Assembly: GCA_963848635.1 (NCBI GenBank)
Contig: CAWKEA010000005.1
Location: forward strand, 352,585-416,584
DNA length: 64,000 nucleotides
DNA from: an uncultured bacterium
Lineage (GTDB): Bacteria > Patescibacteriota > Minisyncoccia > Phycocordibacterales > PALSA-1337
Direction of reading: 5' to 3'
Shown here piece by piece: positions 27,147-38,248 of the stretch. Every line of letters begins with the position of its first letter. The stretch's first letter is position 1. A model generated the notes under the pieces. It was given only the letters and a program-made list of their open reading frames with translations. It was not told the DNA's origin and ran no database searches. Position numbers and translations under genes: made by a program.

Positions 27147-28091
27147 TTAATCCATCTGGGCTCCCGCAGATGCGGGACTCAGAGAGTTGCCCAGCAAAGA
27201 CGGTTGCTTCTCGTGATAATGCTGAGCTATTCTCTTGGTCCTACCCGATAAACCTGGTATGTACTTTTTGACAGCGACTATGTTGATTTCATTATAGTGC
27301 CTTCTGTTCAAGGTTTTGTGAATGCCTTTAAACGATATCGAGTTCTTTAGCTGTGCGCTAATTTGCTTCGTACCTTTCTTGTTTTGAAGAAAATATAGAT
27401 TACAAGTATAGGCAATTATATCAGCCAATTCCAATCCAGCAGATAGGACCTCTTTGTTGGCAAAAGATATAGATACTACAGATTTCTTTAAAGACTTAGC
27501 CAAGCTTACTAAATGTTTATTCTTGAAAGAATTTCTATCTGCAACCAAGTTATAGTTCCTAATAGTAAAAGGGTCGCCTGCCCTGCTTTCAAAAACAATT
27601 TTTAATCTTCCATTATTTTTTAATTCCCTCACAGCCCAGTGATAAAGGGCATTAACACCAACATCCAAAGGAAGTTGGTTATCGACTCGGGAATAAAATC
27701 TCTTTGTAGCAATCCAACTGTCTCCTTTATCAGGATATTTTTTGAAAGACAAACATCTTCTGACTAAATCTTTTGGCACACAAACCGCAAGATAGGTGAC
27801 GTTGTATCCTTTTATCAAATCCCATATTTCCTCTTGAAACTTTTTTCTTAAATCTTTTTTACTTCTTTTACGTGTAGTGCCTAAATAGCTTTCTGTATAA
27901 TCATTCTCAAATATATCTACCGCATGTATATGTTCATCCGGAGATAAATTATACTTTTCTTTCAATCTTTTGATCAAAAAAAGGAAATTCCCTTCATTAA
28001 CTTCGTCAATCAAAACACCACAAACAATGGTAAATTTGTCCTTCGAAGAAAGTTCTGGCGTTCCTGATTCATCTATATACAATATTTTCAT
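27147..28091 (-). CDS. DUF3800 domain protein
   Basis: N-terminal MKILYIDESG signature typical of DUF3800; 314 aa. Confidence 0.5.
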   Translation of the reverse strand: MKILYIDESGTPELSSKDKFTIVCGVLIDEVNEGNFLFLIKRLKEKYNLSPDEHIHAVDIFENDYTESYLGTTRKRSKKDLRKKFQEEIWDLIKGYNVTYLAVCVPKDLVRRCLSFKKYPDKGDSWIATKRFYSRVDNQLPLDVGVNALYHWAVRELKNNGRLKIVFESRAGDPFTIRNYNLVADRNSFKNKHLVSLAKSLKKSVVSISFANKEVLSAGLELADIIAYTCNLYFLQNKKGTKQISAQLKNSISFKGIHKTLNRRHYNEINIVAVKKYIPGLSGRTKRIAQHYHEKQPSLLGNSLSPASAGAQMD

Positions 28092-28147
28092 AAATTTTTA
28101 TTTCACCCAGTAGGCGACTCAATAGAGTCGTGTTCTGGACTAAATTG

Positions 28148-28876
28148 CTATTTCACATATTCCGCATCCGCGGAAAGCCTATTTTTTACCTTCACATCGC
28201 TGTCGATCGCGCCGTCCATAAGGCGGATGATGCGCTCGGAATGCTCGGCTGTGGCCGTTTCGTGCGTGATGAGAACGATCGTCTTGCCCTCTTTTTCATT
28301 TAATTTTTGAAGGATGGACATGATATTCTTGCCGGATTTACTATCGAGATTACCCGTCGGCTCGTCAGCGAAAATCACGTCCGGGTCAGTGACGAGGGCA
28401 CGCGCGATTGCCACGCGCTGCCGTTCGCCGCCGGAGAGCTCGCTCTGGTCATGGTTGAGTCGGTTGCCGAGGCCGACCGATTCGATCGCCTTCGTGGCTC
28501 GCTCGTTCCATTCATGTTCGGGAATATTGTCAGAATAGACGAGCGGCAATTTTACGTTCTCGAGCACGCTCGTGCGGGCGAGGAGATTGAAAGCCTGAAA
28601 GACAAAGCCGAGCTTTTGGTTGCGCAGATACGCCAATTCGTTCGAGTCATACGAAGTGATATTCTTGCCGTCAAAATGATATGTGCCAGACGTCGGCGTA
28701 TCGAGGAGGCCAAGGAGGTGGAGCAATGTCGATTTGCCAGAGCCTGACGGCCCCATGATGGCCATGAATTCGCCTTTGCGCACATTAAAGGTCACTCCGG
28801 CCAATGCGACTGTCGCCTCGCTGCCGTCGCTGTACGACTTCCTCAGATTTTTAACTTCTATTATGTTTTCTGCCAT
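28148..28876 (-). CDS. ABC transporter ATP-binding protein (MacB/LolD-type)
   Basis: Walker [10 protein letters not shown], signature [15 protein letters not shown], Walker [13 protein letters not shown]. Confidence 0.85.
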   Translation of the reverse strand: MAENIIEVKNLRKSYSDGSEATVALAGVTFNVRKGEFMAIMGPSGSGKSTLLHLLGLLDTPTSGTYHFDGKNITSYDSNELAYLRNQKLGFVFQAFNLLARTSVLENVKLPLVYSDNIPEHEWNERATKAIESVGLGNRLNHDQSELSGGERQRVAIARALVTDPDVIFADEPTGNLDSKSGKNIMSILQKLNEKEGKTIVLITHETATAEHSERIIRLMDGAIDSDVKVKNRLSADAEYVK

Positions 28877-28885
28877 TGAAAAATG

Positions 28886-30431
28886 TTAGGAACCAATATA
28901 CGTCACCACTTTGTCTCCAGGCTTCAAGCCAGAGAGGATCTGCACTGAGCCATCGGAGCCTTTGAGGCCTGTCGTGACGGGAACGCTTGAATACATCAGA
29001 CCATTCGTGGAGACGAGCCGTACATCGGTTGATGTTGAAGTGATCAAGAGCGCACGATACGGGATCTCGAGGACATTATCTGTCTCGTGGGTCAATATCT
29101 CGATATTCGAGGTCATGCCGCTCTTTATACGGCTGTCCGGAGAGATGAATTGGAGGGTGACCTTGTATGTCGGTACGCCCTCGAGAACGGTTTCGGCAGG
29201 ATCGATCATGACCACCTTCTCTGGGAAGTTAACGTATGCGCCGTATGCATCGAGCGTGCTCGACGCTAGGTCTCCGACAGCCACCTTGGCGATGTCAGCC
29301 TCGGCGACGTATGCCTCGACTTTGAATCCGCTATTCTGCACTGCAAAGCCGCTCTGCCCCGGCGCCACATATTCGCCGACATTAGGGTCTTCTTGCGTGA
29401 CGATGCCGTCGATAGGCGAAACGAGAGTATCTTCCGCGAGGACAGCTTGCACCTGCGCGACTTTTGCAGCCTGGGCGGCGATCGCATTTGGAGTCGATCC
29501 GGATTGCTGGAGCGTGAAGGTGTTTTCCGCCTGTGCATATCCAGATTCAGCGCTCTTTAATTCCGTATCAGCCGCAGAGATCGTACCGATCGCCTGGTTC
29601 AAAGGTAGAAAGAGATGTATTCATGGTCGCCACGGCAGAATCGATAGCGGATTGCGGTAGACCAGAGTTGCCAGGGCTCAGATTGTTCACAATGACAGAA
29701 AGATCGGTCAAGTAGCTCTTGATAGTCGATAGATATCCTTTCGCATTAGAGATGAGCTGGCTCGTATTGGTCGCATCTGCGTTGCTTGAATCGATCTGCC
29801 AGTCATCGAGCACGGTTGCGATCTGCAAACGTTCGTTATTTATGGAAAGCGAGATAGTGTTCGATTGTGTGCGCACATTTATCGTCGGATTTGCAGTCTG
29901 TGGATTGGTAAAGAAGGTATCGCCATAGTTCACGACAGCACTTTGTGCCTGCACATAGCCGGTATGTATGGCATTTACCGCATCAGATAGGGCGTTTGCA
30001 AGGCTTGTGGAAGCTGAACCGACGGCAGATTGATCTGCGGCGTATTGTGCCGACGTAAGGCCGCTCGACATATCGGCGAGAGTCGCTTGTGCCGATGCGA
30101 CCGCCGCTTGGTCGTCGGCGCTGTCGAGAGATGCGATGGGATCGCCTGCCTTGACTGTATCGCCGACATTGACGTAGATCTTTGAGATGACGCCCCCTTT
30201 TTCAAAGGCGAGCGCGGCAGACGAGACCGGCGAGACAGTGCCAGTGACGCTGACCTGCTCAACCACGTTGCCGATCTGTGCAGTCGCATACTGGAAATTC
30301 GGCTTCTTCGGCTTTTCTTTTTCATAGACGATACCAGCGATGATGAGAACGATGACGATGCTCATGATGACCCATTTGTTTTTCAAGTGACGGAAGTGCG
30401 ATTTTTTCATATGCAAAATTATAACATACAA
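28886..30431 (-). CDS. HlyD/MacA-like periplasmic adaptor (membrane fusion protein), frameshifted near 29570-29600
   Basis: N-terminal TM and coiled-coil in ORF 29568..30431; beta-barrel/lipoyl-like C-terminal half in ORF 28886..29602; ORFs overlap 35 nt. Confidence 0.65.
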
Positions 30432-30517
30432 GCCGTTAGCCGACTATTTTTATTTCACTTTTTTAGGCAAAGAAAAAGCCGGGCTGGATCGCGCCAGCGC
30501 GGCTGTGACTGATAATT

Positions 30518-31804
30518 TTAGAACTTGAGGACGTGCTCCGGACCGGAGAGCTCGGTATAGCGATGCGCGAGATCCTCCTGCGTCTCGCCATGACCGATAC
30601 GAATGACACTGCCGTCTTCGCAAAGCATCAACTCTTGCGGCCGTAGGCGGCCATTATAGTTGAAACCCATAGCTATCCCGTGCGCGCCAGTATCATGCGT
30701 GACGACGAAGTCTCCTCTGTAAGCAGTCGGCAGTGGCATGTTGCGCGCCAATACGTCGCATCCTTCGCAGATAGGCCCAGCGACAGTTTGCGGCTTGATG
30801 TCAGCGGTCCGTTCGACGCCCGAGGGATCGAGTATCGTGCAATGGTGGTATGCGCTCGGATAGATTCCTACTCGCATGAGACCTGGCATCGCAGTCGGCA
30901 CACCGATGAAATCGCCATATTTGCGATAGATATTGATAACGGGATTCACGAATACGCCGTGAGGACCCGTTATGTACCTGCCGCTTTCGGCGAATAGCTT
31001 TGGCGTGTAGCCATACGTGCGGGCGAACTGATCCAATATCGACCTGCATCCGATCGCATAGCTATCAAGATCGAACTCAGATTCATTCAAACGATATGGG
31101 ATGCCGAAACCGCCGCCGACGTCGATGAATTCGAGGGAAATCTTGAGACGATTACTGATTCCACCTCCAACCTCAGCCAAGAGGTTTAAGCTCTTCAACA
31201 GATTCAAGTAGTCCAGATCGTTAGAAAAGAACATACCGTGGATACCGAACCTCTTTACGCCGCGATCCTTTGCCCGGCTGACGAGTGCCATCATCTGCTC
31301 GAGAGGCACGCCATATTTCGAGCTCGTGTCGATCTTGCCGCCGCCCTGGGACGGATTCCTGTCGCCTGAGTTAAGCCGGAAACAAAGAAGCTCGGGAAGC
31401 GGACCAGAAAGTTCGCCCAGAAAGATCTCGTCATCGAGATTGATGATCGATCCACCCTCGGAAAGCGCTTCTTGGAATTCCTCAGACGACGTGTCGTTCG
31501 ATGTAAAGATGATGTATTCAGGCCGAGCGCCCGCGTCACGCGCTAAGTCCAATTCACGGATCGAGCTACAGTCAAAACCACAGCCTTCGCTCTTGATTAT
31601 GTCCATGATGGCCGGATTCGGAAGGGCCTTGACCGCAAAGAACTCCTGAAAAAGGATTTCCCTTTGCGAAAATGCATGCTTAAACCGTCGTATGGTCTCC
31701 CGTATCCCTCTTTCATCATATATATGGAAGGTCGGCCCGAATCTTTCGGCTATTGCCGGCAGTTTCGGAAAAAGACGCTGTTTGAAGCTTTCTGACATCG
31801 GCAT
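30518..31804 (-). CDS. PLP-dependent Orn/DAP/Arg decarboxylase family protein (putative diaminopimelate decarboxylase)
   Basis: FIDVGGGFGIPY, ESGRYITG and GPICEGCDV motifs of fold-III decarboxylases. Confidence 0.65.
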   Translation of the reverse strand: MPMSESFKQRLFPKLPAIAERFGPTFHIYDERGIRETIRRFKHAFSQREILFQEFFAVKALPNPAIMDIIKSEGCGFDCSSIRELDLARDAGARPEYIIFTSNDTSSEEFQEALSEGGSIINLDDEIFLGELSGPLPELLCFRLNSGDRNPSQGGGKIDTSSKYGVPLEQMMALVSRAKDRGVKRFGIHGMFFSNDLDYLNLLKSLNLLAEVGGGISNRLKISLEFIDVGGGFGIPYRLNESEFDLDSYAIGCRSILDQFARTYGYTPKLFAESGRYITGPHGVFVNPVINIYRKYGDFIGVPTAMPGLMRVGIYPSAYHHCTILDPSGVERTADIKPQTVAGPICEGCDVLARNMPLPTAYRGDFVVTHDTGAHGIAMGFNYNGRLRPQELMLCEDGSVIRIGHGETQEDLAHRYTELSGPEHVLKF

Positions 31805-32063
31805 ACTATCTCCTTCGTTGTTTGTTGTTGTGCAGTATTGGTTGTAAAAGACCGACTCAAAGACTGCTTTTTTGCTTTGTGTCTGAATCGAACATTACTC
31901 GTAAGTATCAATGATGTCAAGGTGAACGAGTTGACAGAACTACTTTTACGCGCTAAAAAGGACTTAGAATTATCGCACAATCGCCGTTCCGAAAGGAATG
32001 GCTTTTTATTTCAAGAAAAAACCGCCGAGCTTGTGAAAGCCCGGCGATATGAGATTACGTAAT

Positions 32064-33437
32064 TCAGAATTCCAATTTGGTTTCCTTGAGCCTGCGAACG
32101 ACTTCGGCGATGACCGACCCATGGTCCGGCAGACCATATTCCGGCTGAGGAAATATCGTCACAGCCCAACGCAACCACGCATTGCCCGAGATCGTCACTG
32201 GCATGAGCGAGATACGCTTGTGCTGTCGGAGCCAAATAGTGCACTCGGTCGCATTCGAAAAGACGACGCCATCGGCCGATACGGGTGCTTTGGTCAGAAG
32301 GCACAGCCCTGCCTCAGGCATAGAGGCTCCAAATCCAGTTTCCGCAAGCCCCGCGATCAAGCCGCCGTGCAACTCATAATAATGGTTGCGCATGCTCACC
32401 GCAAACTCGGGATTCTTGAGGCACCAGAGCATTGAAGCGATGCTCGGTCCAAAGCCGCCGGAATCCTTTACATCAGTGATCTTGCGGATGGCCTTGATGA
32501 GGGTCGGGTGAGCGATCATCCATCCCATGCGCAATCCCGTGGCATTCCAACCCTTGCTCACGCTCTGCAAAACGATGCAACAGTGCTCCCAACCGGCAAT
32601 ATCGAGAACGCTCACGCTATCGTTATAGCGCAGATGGGTATATGCCTCGTCGACGACGACGATGACGTCGTTTTTCGTCGCCCACGCGATGAGGTTATCC
32701 CAGTCCGATAACGAGAACGTCGTACCAGTCGGGTTATGCGGGATGTTGAGATACAGCACTGTTCTCCTTAACCCGGCCGACGCCGATGCTTCAACGAGGT
32801 AGGTCATCCTACCGTAGTCGATATAGTAACGTCCACCAGACAAGACGAGAGGTATGTCCTCTATCTTCGCTTGCAAGCTATTTATATCGCTCTTCACGAC
32901 GGCGTAGCTCGGATTCGGGAAGAGCAGGAGCGTTTCGCCATCGAGCAGTAATGATGGTATGTATTCAGCCAGCGCCCGTTTGATCGAACCGGGAGAATAT
33001 TGGACCCAGTCTGGGGTGAATACCACATCTGAATAAGGGTGCATCATGTTCAAGAAATCAGCGATGGCTTCATGCGTGCCAGGGATGCCGTTATTGTCGG
33101 TATAGCGCGTCGCCTGAGGGTTCGAGCTATAATATTCCATCGCCGCTTCCATCGCCTCGAGAGGCATCTTTACCGTAGGATCGGCGACTGACAGGCAACA
33201 AAGCGCAGAAGAGGGATTACTAGGGATGCTTTGCATGGCCAACTCCCGCTCTGCGCTAAGAACCGCACTGAATGAATATCCCGTGCCTGGCTTGTCGAAT
33301 TCGGCGCCACCATAACGAGAAAGCATGTGCCGCCGCCAGAATGTATCAAGATCTGACATAATATGTTTAAGTTTTAAGTCAATGAACTGCATGGGTTCTG
33401 AGACCGATATGCGCCGGAAGAACCCGTTCCGAAGCAC
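32064..33437 (-). CDS. class I/II PLP-dependent aminotransferase (possibly LL-diaminopimelate aminotransferase-like)
   Basis: NPTG and SKGWNATGLRMGW lysine-motif region; true start probably an internal Met. Confidence 0.6.
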   Translation of the reverse strand: MLRNGFFRRISVSEPMQFIDLKLKHIMSDLDTFWRRHMLSRYGGAEFDKPGTGYSFSAVLSAERELAMQSIPSNPSSALCCLSVADPTVKMPLEAMEAAMEYYSSNPQATRYTDNNGIPGTHEAIADFLNMMHPYSDVVFTPDWVQYSPGSIKRALAEYIPSLLLDGETLLLFPNPSYAVVKSDINSLQAKIEDIPLVLSGGRYYIDYGRMTYLVEASASAGLRRTVLYLNIPHNPTGTTFSLSDWDNLIAWATKNDVIVVVDEAYTHLRYNDSVSVLDIAGWEHCCIVLQSVSKGWNATGLRMGWMIAHPTLIKAIRKITDVKDSGGFGPSIASMLWCLKNPEFAVSMRNHYYELHGGLIAGLAETGFGASMPEAGLCLLTKAPVSADGVVFSNATECTIWLRQHKRISLMPVTISGNAWLRWAVTIFPQPEYGLPDHGSVIAEVVRRLKETKLEF

Positions 33438-33551
33438 TTTCTGAACATCACCCTACAAAATATCCGATATAATGTCAAGAAAAACACGGGTCTTTGCCCG
33501 TGCCGTTCTTTTGTAAAAAATTTTGAATCGTTCAAACCGGCCTCCCTCTTC

Positions 33552-34400
33552 CTACTCTGCCTTCTTCTTGCCGACTTGTCTGCGCGAGACGATGAAGATG
33601 TTCGAGTATTTCTTTGGGGTGCGGGTCTTTTGACCCTTGCCGGCAGGCTTGCCCCAACGGGTCTTCAGACGGCGTAGACCGCGTCCGGTGCGTTGCTCGC
33701 CTCCGCCATACGGATGGTCCACAGGATTTTGAGCCGAGCCGCGGACTGTCGGACGGATGCCCATCCAGCGCGACCGTCCCGCTTTGCCGATAGTGACCAA
33801 ACGATTTTCGTCATTCGACACAGCGCCGATAGAAGCCCATGCAGTATCGATGATCTTGCGGATCTCGGTCGAGGGCATTTTTATGTGCGTATAGCCGGCG
33901 TCATTGGCGATGACTTGGGCAAAAGAACCAGCAGAACGGACGAGACGTGCACCCCCTTTTGGCTTTATTTCTATGTTGTATATAAAAGAGCCGACGGGAA
34001 TATTGCGGAGAGGCAGGCGATTTCCCGAAGAGATCTCCGCTTTTTCCGAGACGAGGAGCTGTGAGCCGACTTTGACGTCTTTTGGAAGGAGCACGTAGCG
34101 CCTTTCACCGTCAGTGAACTGAACAAGACCGATAAAGCCTGTGCGGAAGGGGTCATATTCGACAGTCTTCACGATAGCAGGCATGTCTTTTTTATCATAT
34201 TTGAAATCGACGAGGCGATAGAGCTTCTTATGACCGCCGCCCTGGTGGCGCACCGTGATACGGCCTTGGTTGTTTCGAGCGGCATCGCGCTTGAATCCGA
34301 CGGTCAACGGCTTGTAAGGCTTCCGAAACCGTCACATGATCCTTGAACGAGATCGTGGTCATATGCCGGCGCGATTTTGTGAATGGTGGGTAGTGTTTCA
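33552..34400 (-). CDS. rplB: 50S ribosomal protein L2 (frameshift near 34310 separates the first ~28 codons)
   Basis: N-terminus MKHYPPFTKSRRHMTTISFKDHVTVSEA read from 34400; remainder YKPLTVGFKRDAARNNQGRITVRHQGGGHK... in ORF 33552..34307. Confidence 0.85.
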
Positions 34401-34411
34401 TGTTAATTAAT

Positions 34412-34837
34412 TTAAACGAATTCGATCTTCTCTCCCTTCTTGAGATATACCATCGCCTTTTTCACGGCATTCGATGTACCGCGCTTGCCTCTGACAAAAA
34501 CACGTTTGGCTGGAAGGTTCACTATCCTGACTTTGACCGGCGTAACTTTGTACAAAGCTTTGATAGCGTGTGCGATCATCGGCTTATTGGCATTCTCGCG
34601 CACCTCAAAAGTATAGACGCCCGAGCTCTCGCTCATGATGCCTGATTTTTCGGTGATGCGCGGACGGAGGATGATATCGTGGTGTTGGCCGCGATGAATA
34701 GCCAGCGCATCTGAGACCTTTTCGGCGCCAGGAATAGTGGCGACCTTGGCTTTCTTGGCCACGACTTTCTTTTCCTTCTTGACTGAAGTGTCCTTGATGG
34801 CGACCTCCTTATTCTTTTTTGATCCAAATAGCGCCAT
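34412..34837 (-). CDS. rplW: 50S ribosomal protein L23 (with Lys-rich N-terminal extension)
   Basis: ILRPRITEKSGIMSESSGVYTFEV. Confidence 0.8.
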   Translation of the reverse strand: MALFGSKKNKEVAIKDTSVKKEKKVVAKKAKVATIPGAEKVSDALAIHRGQHHDIILRPRITEKSGIMSESSGVYTFEVRENANKPMIAHAIKALYKVTPVKVRIVNLPAKRVFVRGKRGTSNAVKKAMVYLKKGEKIEFV

Positions 34838-34843
34838 GGTGGT

Positions 34844-35632
34844 TTATTTTTTAGTTACGGGCTTCTTTGCAGTCATGTGCGCATGAGCCATCGTTGAAGA
34901 TTTTACAGGAGCGGGCTTTTTTGCGATGGCAGGCTTTTCAGTATCGGCTTTCGCTTCTTTCTTCGCCTCTGCTTTTGCTTCGGCTTTGACTCCAGCAAAG
35001 ATCTTCCCTGCCCCAGCGATCACGATATATTTGCAATTCAAGGCCATCAGAGGATTCATGTTGCGGTATTCCTCGATCGATATGTTTCCGAAATTATTGA
35101 AGCCTTTGACCGCGTTATCGCCCTTTTCGTTCATAGCGATGACGGCGGCGTTCTTTGGTTTGGTAGCGAGCTTCTCGAAGCCTTTTATCGTAGCGAGGTC
35201 GAGGACGACTTCTTTGGCTTCCTTTGTCTTTGGGTTCTCCAGAGCCAAGCTGTCGAGGAAAAGGATCTCATTATCGCGGAACTTCTTTGAGAGGATGACA
35301 TTGAGCGCCTTTGACTTTGCCTGCTTGTTGACCTTGCGGTCGTAGTTCTTGTCGTTGCGCGGGCCATGAGTGACGCCGCCGCCTACCCATATAGGAGATC
35401 TGATGGAACCGTGACGGGCCTTGCCGAGGCCCTTCTGTTGCCACGGCTTCCTTCCACCGCCTCTCACCTCGCCTCGCGTCTTTGTGTGCGCTATTGGGTC
35501 GCGTGCTGACGAGCGGAGAGAATTGACGACTTGGTAAACGAGGTCGGCGTTCCACGGCAAACCGAAGATGGCTTCCGGCAGAGCGATCGTCCCAGCTTCC
35601 TTACCCTTTTGATTGTAGATTTTTGTTTCCAT
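34844..35632 (-). CDS. rplD: 50S ribosomal protein L4 (with Ala/Lys-rich C-terminal extension)
   Basis: TRGEVRGGGRKPWQQKGLGKARHGSIRSPIWVGGGVTHGP. Confidence 0.85.
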   Translation of the reverse strand: METKIYNQKGKEAGTIALPEAIFGLPWNADLVYQVVNSLRSSARDPIAHTKTRGEVRGGGRKPWQQKGLGKARHGSIRSPIWVGGGVTHGPRNDKNYDRKVNKQAKSKALNVILSKKFRDNEILFLDSLALENPKTKEAKEVVLDLATIKGFEKLATKPKNAAVIAMNEKGDNAVKGFNNFGNISIEEYRNMNPLMALNCKYIVIAGAGKIFAGVKAEAKAEAKKEAKADTEKPAIAKKPAPVKSSTMAHAHMTAKKPVTKK

Positions 35633-35650
35633 GATGATGCTATGCGTTGC

Positions 35651-36262
35651 TTATTTGGCCATGATCTCGAGCAGAGTGCCACGATGACCTGGAACAGCTC
35701 CCGAAAGATACAGTATGTTGGCTGCTTCGTCAATGTGAACGACCTTCAAATTCTTGACTGTGACGCGATCGCCGCCCATGCGGCCGGCCATGCGCATCTT
35801 CTTAGGCACTTTGTTGCGCAGACCTCCGCCGATGCTCCCTGGCTCGCGCTCGCTGTGCTTTTGGCCGTGGGTGCGAGGGCCCCCATGGAAGCCGTGCCTC
35901 TTGACCACGCCTTGGAATCCCTTGCCCTTTGAGATGCCGGATACCGAGACCTCATCGCCTTCCTTGAATTGAGCGAGCTCGATCTTGTCCCCGACCTTGA
36001 AAGGAGTGACATCGCCGACTCGGAACTCCTTTACCGCCTTGAACGATCCAAGATCCTTCCATTCGTCCTTTTGAGGCTTGTTGATGTTCTTTGTTTTGCG
36101 CGTGCCAGCGCCGATCTGGATGGCGGTATAGCCGTCAGAGTCCTTTGATTTGACACGGGTTATGACGTTCGGCGATACGAGGACTGCCGTGGCAGGATGA
36201 ACGATCCCGTCTTTATCGAAGAGTTGTGTCATATTCAGTTTTGTGGCAAGAATGAATTTCAT
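35651..36262 (-). CDS. rplC: 50S ribosomal protein L3
   Basis: GKGFQGVVKRHGFHGGPRTHGQKHSEREPGSIGG. Confidence 0.9.
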   Translation of the reverse strand: MKFILATKLNMTQLFDKDGIVHPATAVLVSPNVITRVKSKDSDGYTAIQIGAGTRKTKNINKPQKDEWKDLGSFKAVKEFRVGDVTPFKVGDKIELAQFKEGDEVSVSGISKGKGFQGVVKRHGFHGGPRTHGQKHSEREPGSIGGGLRNKVPKKMRMAGRMGGDRVTVKNLKVVHIDEAANILYLSGAVPGHRGTLLEIMAK

Positions 36263-36265
36263 GTT

Positions 36266-36273
36266 GGGGGGGG
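36266..36273. repeat. G8/C8 homopolymer 3 nt upstream of the rplC start codon
   Basis: minus strand reads CCCCCCCCAAC-ATG; occupies the expected Shine-Dalgarno position. Confidence 0.8.
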
Positions 36274-36356
36274 TAGAAGTAGAAAATAGAAGTAGAAATC
36301 AGAACGGATGCAAGCATGCTCGCATTATTCTGTTTTCTATTTCTATTTTCTCTGAT
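36274..36356. repeat. family-2 intergenic hairpin repeat (arms GAAGTAGAAAATAGAAG / CTTCTATTTTCTACTTC-like; loop with GCAAGCATGCTCGCAT)
   Basis: imperfect inverted repeat in the rpsJ-rplC spacer; homologous copies at 46318..46389 and 46826..46902. Confidence 0.75.
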
Positions 36357-36365
36357 CTGTATTTC

Positions 36366-36767
36366 TTACATCATCTTCACATCAATGTTCACGCCGGACG
36401 GGAGGCTCAGATTCGTTAACGCATCGATCACCTTTGGATTCGGGTTGATGATGTCGACAAGCCTTTTGTGGACACGCATCTCGAATTGTTCTCGAGCGTT
36501 TTTATGGACGAACGAGGAGCGGTTGACGGTGTACTTCTTTATCTCCGTCGGCAATGGGACTGGACCAAAGAATTCTGCGTCATACCTGGCCGCCGTGTCC
36601 ATTATCTGCTTCAGGCTGGCATCGAGGATCTTGTGCTCATAAGCGCGGATCCGGATCCGAAGCTTTGGCAATTCTGCCGCTTCGGCCGCTGCTTTCTTTG
36701 CGCGCGGCGCTTTGGTGACCGCCGACTTGGCAGGAGCCTCATTTTTAATTGTGTGTGTGGTTGGCAT
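36366..36767 (-). CDS. rpsJ: 30S ribosomal protein S10 (N-terminal Ala/Lys-rich extension)
   Basis: KLRIRIRAYEHKILDASLKQIMDTAARYDAEFFGPVPLPTE. Confidence 0.85.
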   Translation of the reverse strand: MPTTHTIKNEAPAKSAVTKAPRAKKAAAEAAELPKLRIRIRAYEHKILDASLKQIMDTAARYDAEFFGPVPLPTEIKKYTVNRSSFVHKNAREQFEMRVHKRLVDIINPNPKVIDALTNLSLPSGVNIDVKMM

Positions 36768-36777
36768 GGATTGCGGT

Positions 36778-37965
36778 TTACGCGACGACTTTCGTTACGA
36801 CTCCAGCGCCGACTGTCTTGCCTCCTTCACGGACTGCAAAGCGTTGCTTGTCCTCGAGGGCGACTGGTGCGACGAGTTTGACCTTGAAGGTGACTGTGTC
36901 GCCTGGCATGACCATCTCTACCTTTTCAGGCAATGTGACCTCGCCAGTGACGTCTGTCGTGCGGATATAGAACTGAGGCTTGTAACCGGTGAAGAATGGG
37001 GTGTGACGGCCTCCCTCTTCCTTTTTCAAAACGTAGATCTCTGCTTCGAATTCTGTGTGAGGCTTGACTGCGCCGGTCTTTGAGAGGACCATGCCGCGTG
37101 TGACGTCATCCTTGCCTGTTCCACGGAGCAGAAGCCCAGCATTGTCGCCAGCGAGGCCTTCCTTGAGCGATTTATTGAACATTTCGATGCCGGTGATGGT
37201 CGTCTTTGCGGTATCGCGGAAGCCGATGATCTCGACTTCCTCGCCTACTGAGATTTTTCCTCGTTCGATGCGTCCTGTGACGACGGTTCCGCGGCCTTCG
37301 ATCGAGAAGATGTCTTCGATCGGCATGAGGAACGGCTTGTCGACTTCACGGACAGGCTCTGGGATATAGGTATCGAGTGCGTTCATGAGATCGTCGATCT
37401 TTGAAACCCATTCCGCGTTGCCTTCGATAGCGCCGGTAGCTGAGCCGCGGATGACTGGGACACCCTTGCCGTCAAAGCCATTCTTTGTCAAAAGCTCGCG
37501 GACTTCCTCCTCGACGAGATCGAGAAGGTCTTTTTCTGGGACGAGGTCGCACTTGTTGAGGAAAACGAGGATCTTTGGAACACCGACTTGGCGAGCGAGG
37601 AGAACGTGCTCGCGAGTCTGTGGCATGACGCCGTCCATGGCTGAGACGACGAGAATGGCCCCGTCCATTTGGGCGGCGCCGGTGATCATGTTCTTGACAA
37701 AGTCAGCGTGGCCTGGGCAGTCGATGTGAGCATAGTGGCGCAGAGGTGTCTCATATTCGACGTGAGAGAGGGCGATAGTGACGGTCTTTGTCGCGTCACG
37801 AACTGTTCCGCCCTTTGTGATATCAGAATAAGCTTTGACTTCTGCAAGGCCTTTCTTTGATTGTACGACCAAAATAGACGCGGTGAGCGTAGATTTGCCG
37901 TGGTCGATGTGTCCGATAGTACCGACATTGACATGCGGCTTTGTGCGATTGAATTCTTTTGCCAT
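36778..37965 (-). CDS. tuf: translation elongation factor Tu
   Basis: [11 protein letters not shown]1 motif, [12 protein letters not shown]; 395 aa. Confidence 0.95.
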   Translation of the reverse strand: MAKEFNRTKPHVNVGTIGHIDHGKSTLTASILVVQSKKGLAEVKAYSDITKGGTVRDATKTVTIALSHVEYETPLRHYAHIDCPGHADFVKNMITGAAQMDGAILVVSAMDGVMPQTREHVLLARQVGVPKILVFLNKCDLVPEKDLLDLVEEEVRELLTKNGFDGKGVPVIRGSATGAIEGNAEWVSKIDDLMNALDTYIPEPVREVDKPFLMPIEDIFSIEGRGTVVTGRIERGKISVGEEVEIIGFRDTAKTTITGIEMFNKSLKEGLAGDNAGLLLRGTGKDDVTRGMVLSKTGAVKPHTEFEAEIYVLKKEEGGRHTPFFTGYKPQFYIRTTDVTGEVTLPEKVEMVMPGDTVTFKVKLVAPVALEDKQRFAVREGGKTVGAGVVTKVVA

Positions 37966-38113
37966 GATATTTTTGTTAGTGCTTTTTTATCATATTTCAG
38001 GCCAGACGGCCAAAAAATAGAACAAAAAAGATAATCGTGTAAAAAATTACTTGTTAAAGGTAGGCCTCTTTTGAGCAAAGGCATACTTAGCCAACGCAAA
38101 ATGCGTACTGGGC

Positions 38114-38142
38114 ATACTAGCAAATGGGCGTTCAGGTGTCAA
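38114..38142 (-). promoter_or_regulatory. candidate sigma70-type promoter for the tuf/S10 operon
   Basis: minus strand TTGACA-17nt-TAGTAT about 140 nt upstream of tuf. Confidence 0.4.
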
Positions 38143-38248
38143 ATTTTACAGCCATTTAATATTTTAGTAATAAAATAGCTACATCAAGTCCAAATTATGT
38201 TGATTGACAAGTTAATACATTTAAACCATCATTTGTATATCTAATAAT

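Noticed and set aside
37064-37729. Plus-strand ORFs inside tuf, and similar ORFs inside fusA at 42146..42916
   Set aside because: Antisense shadows of highly conserved elongation-factor genes.
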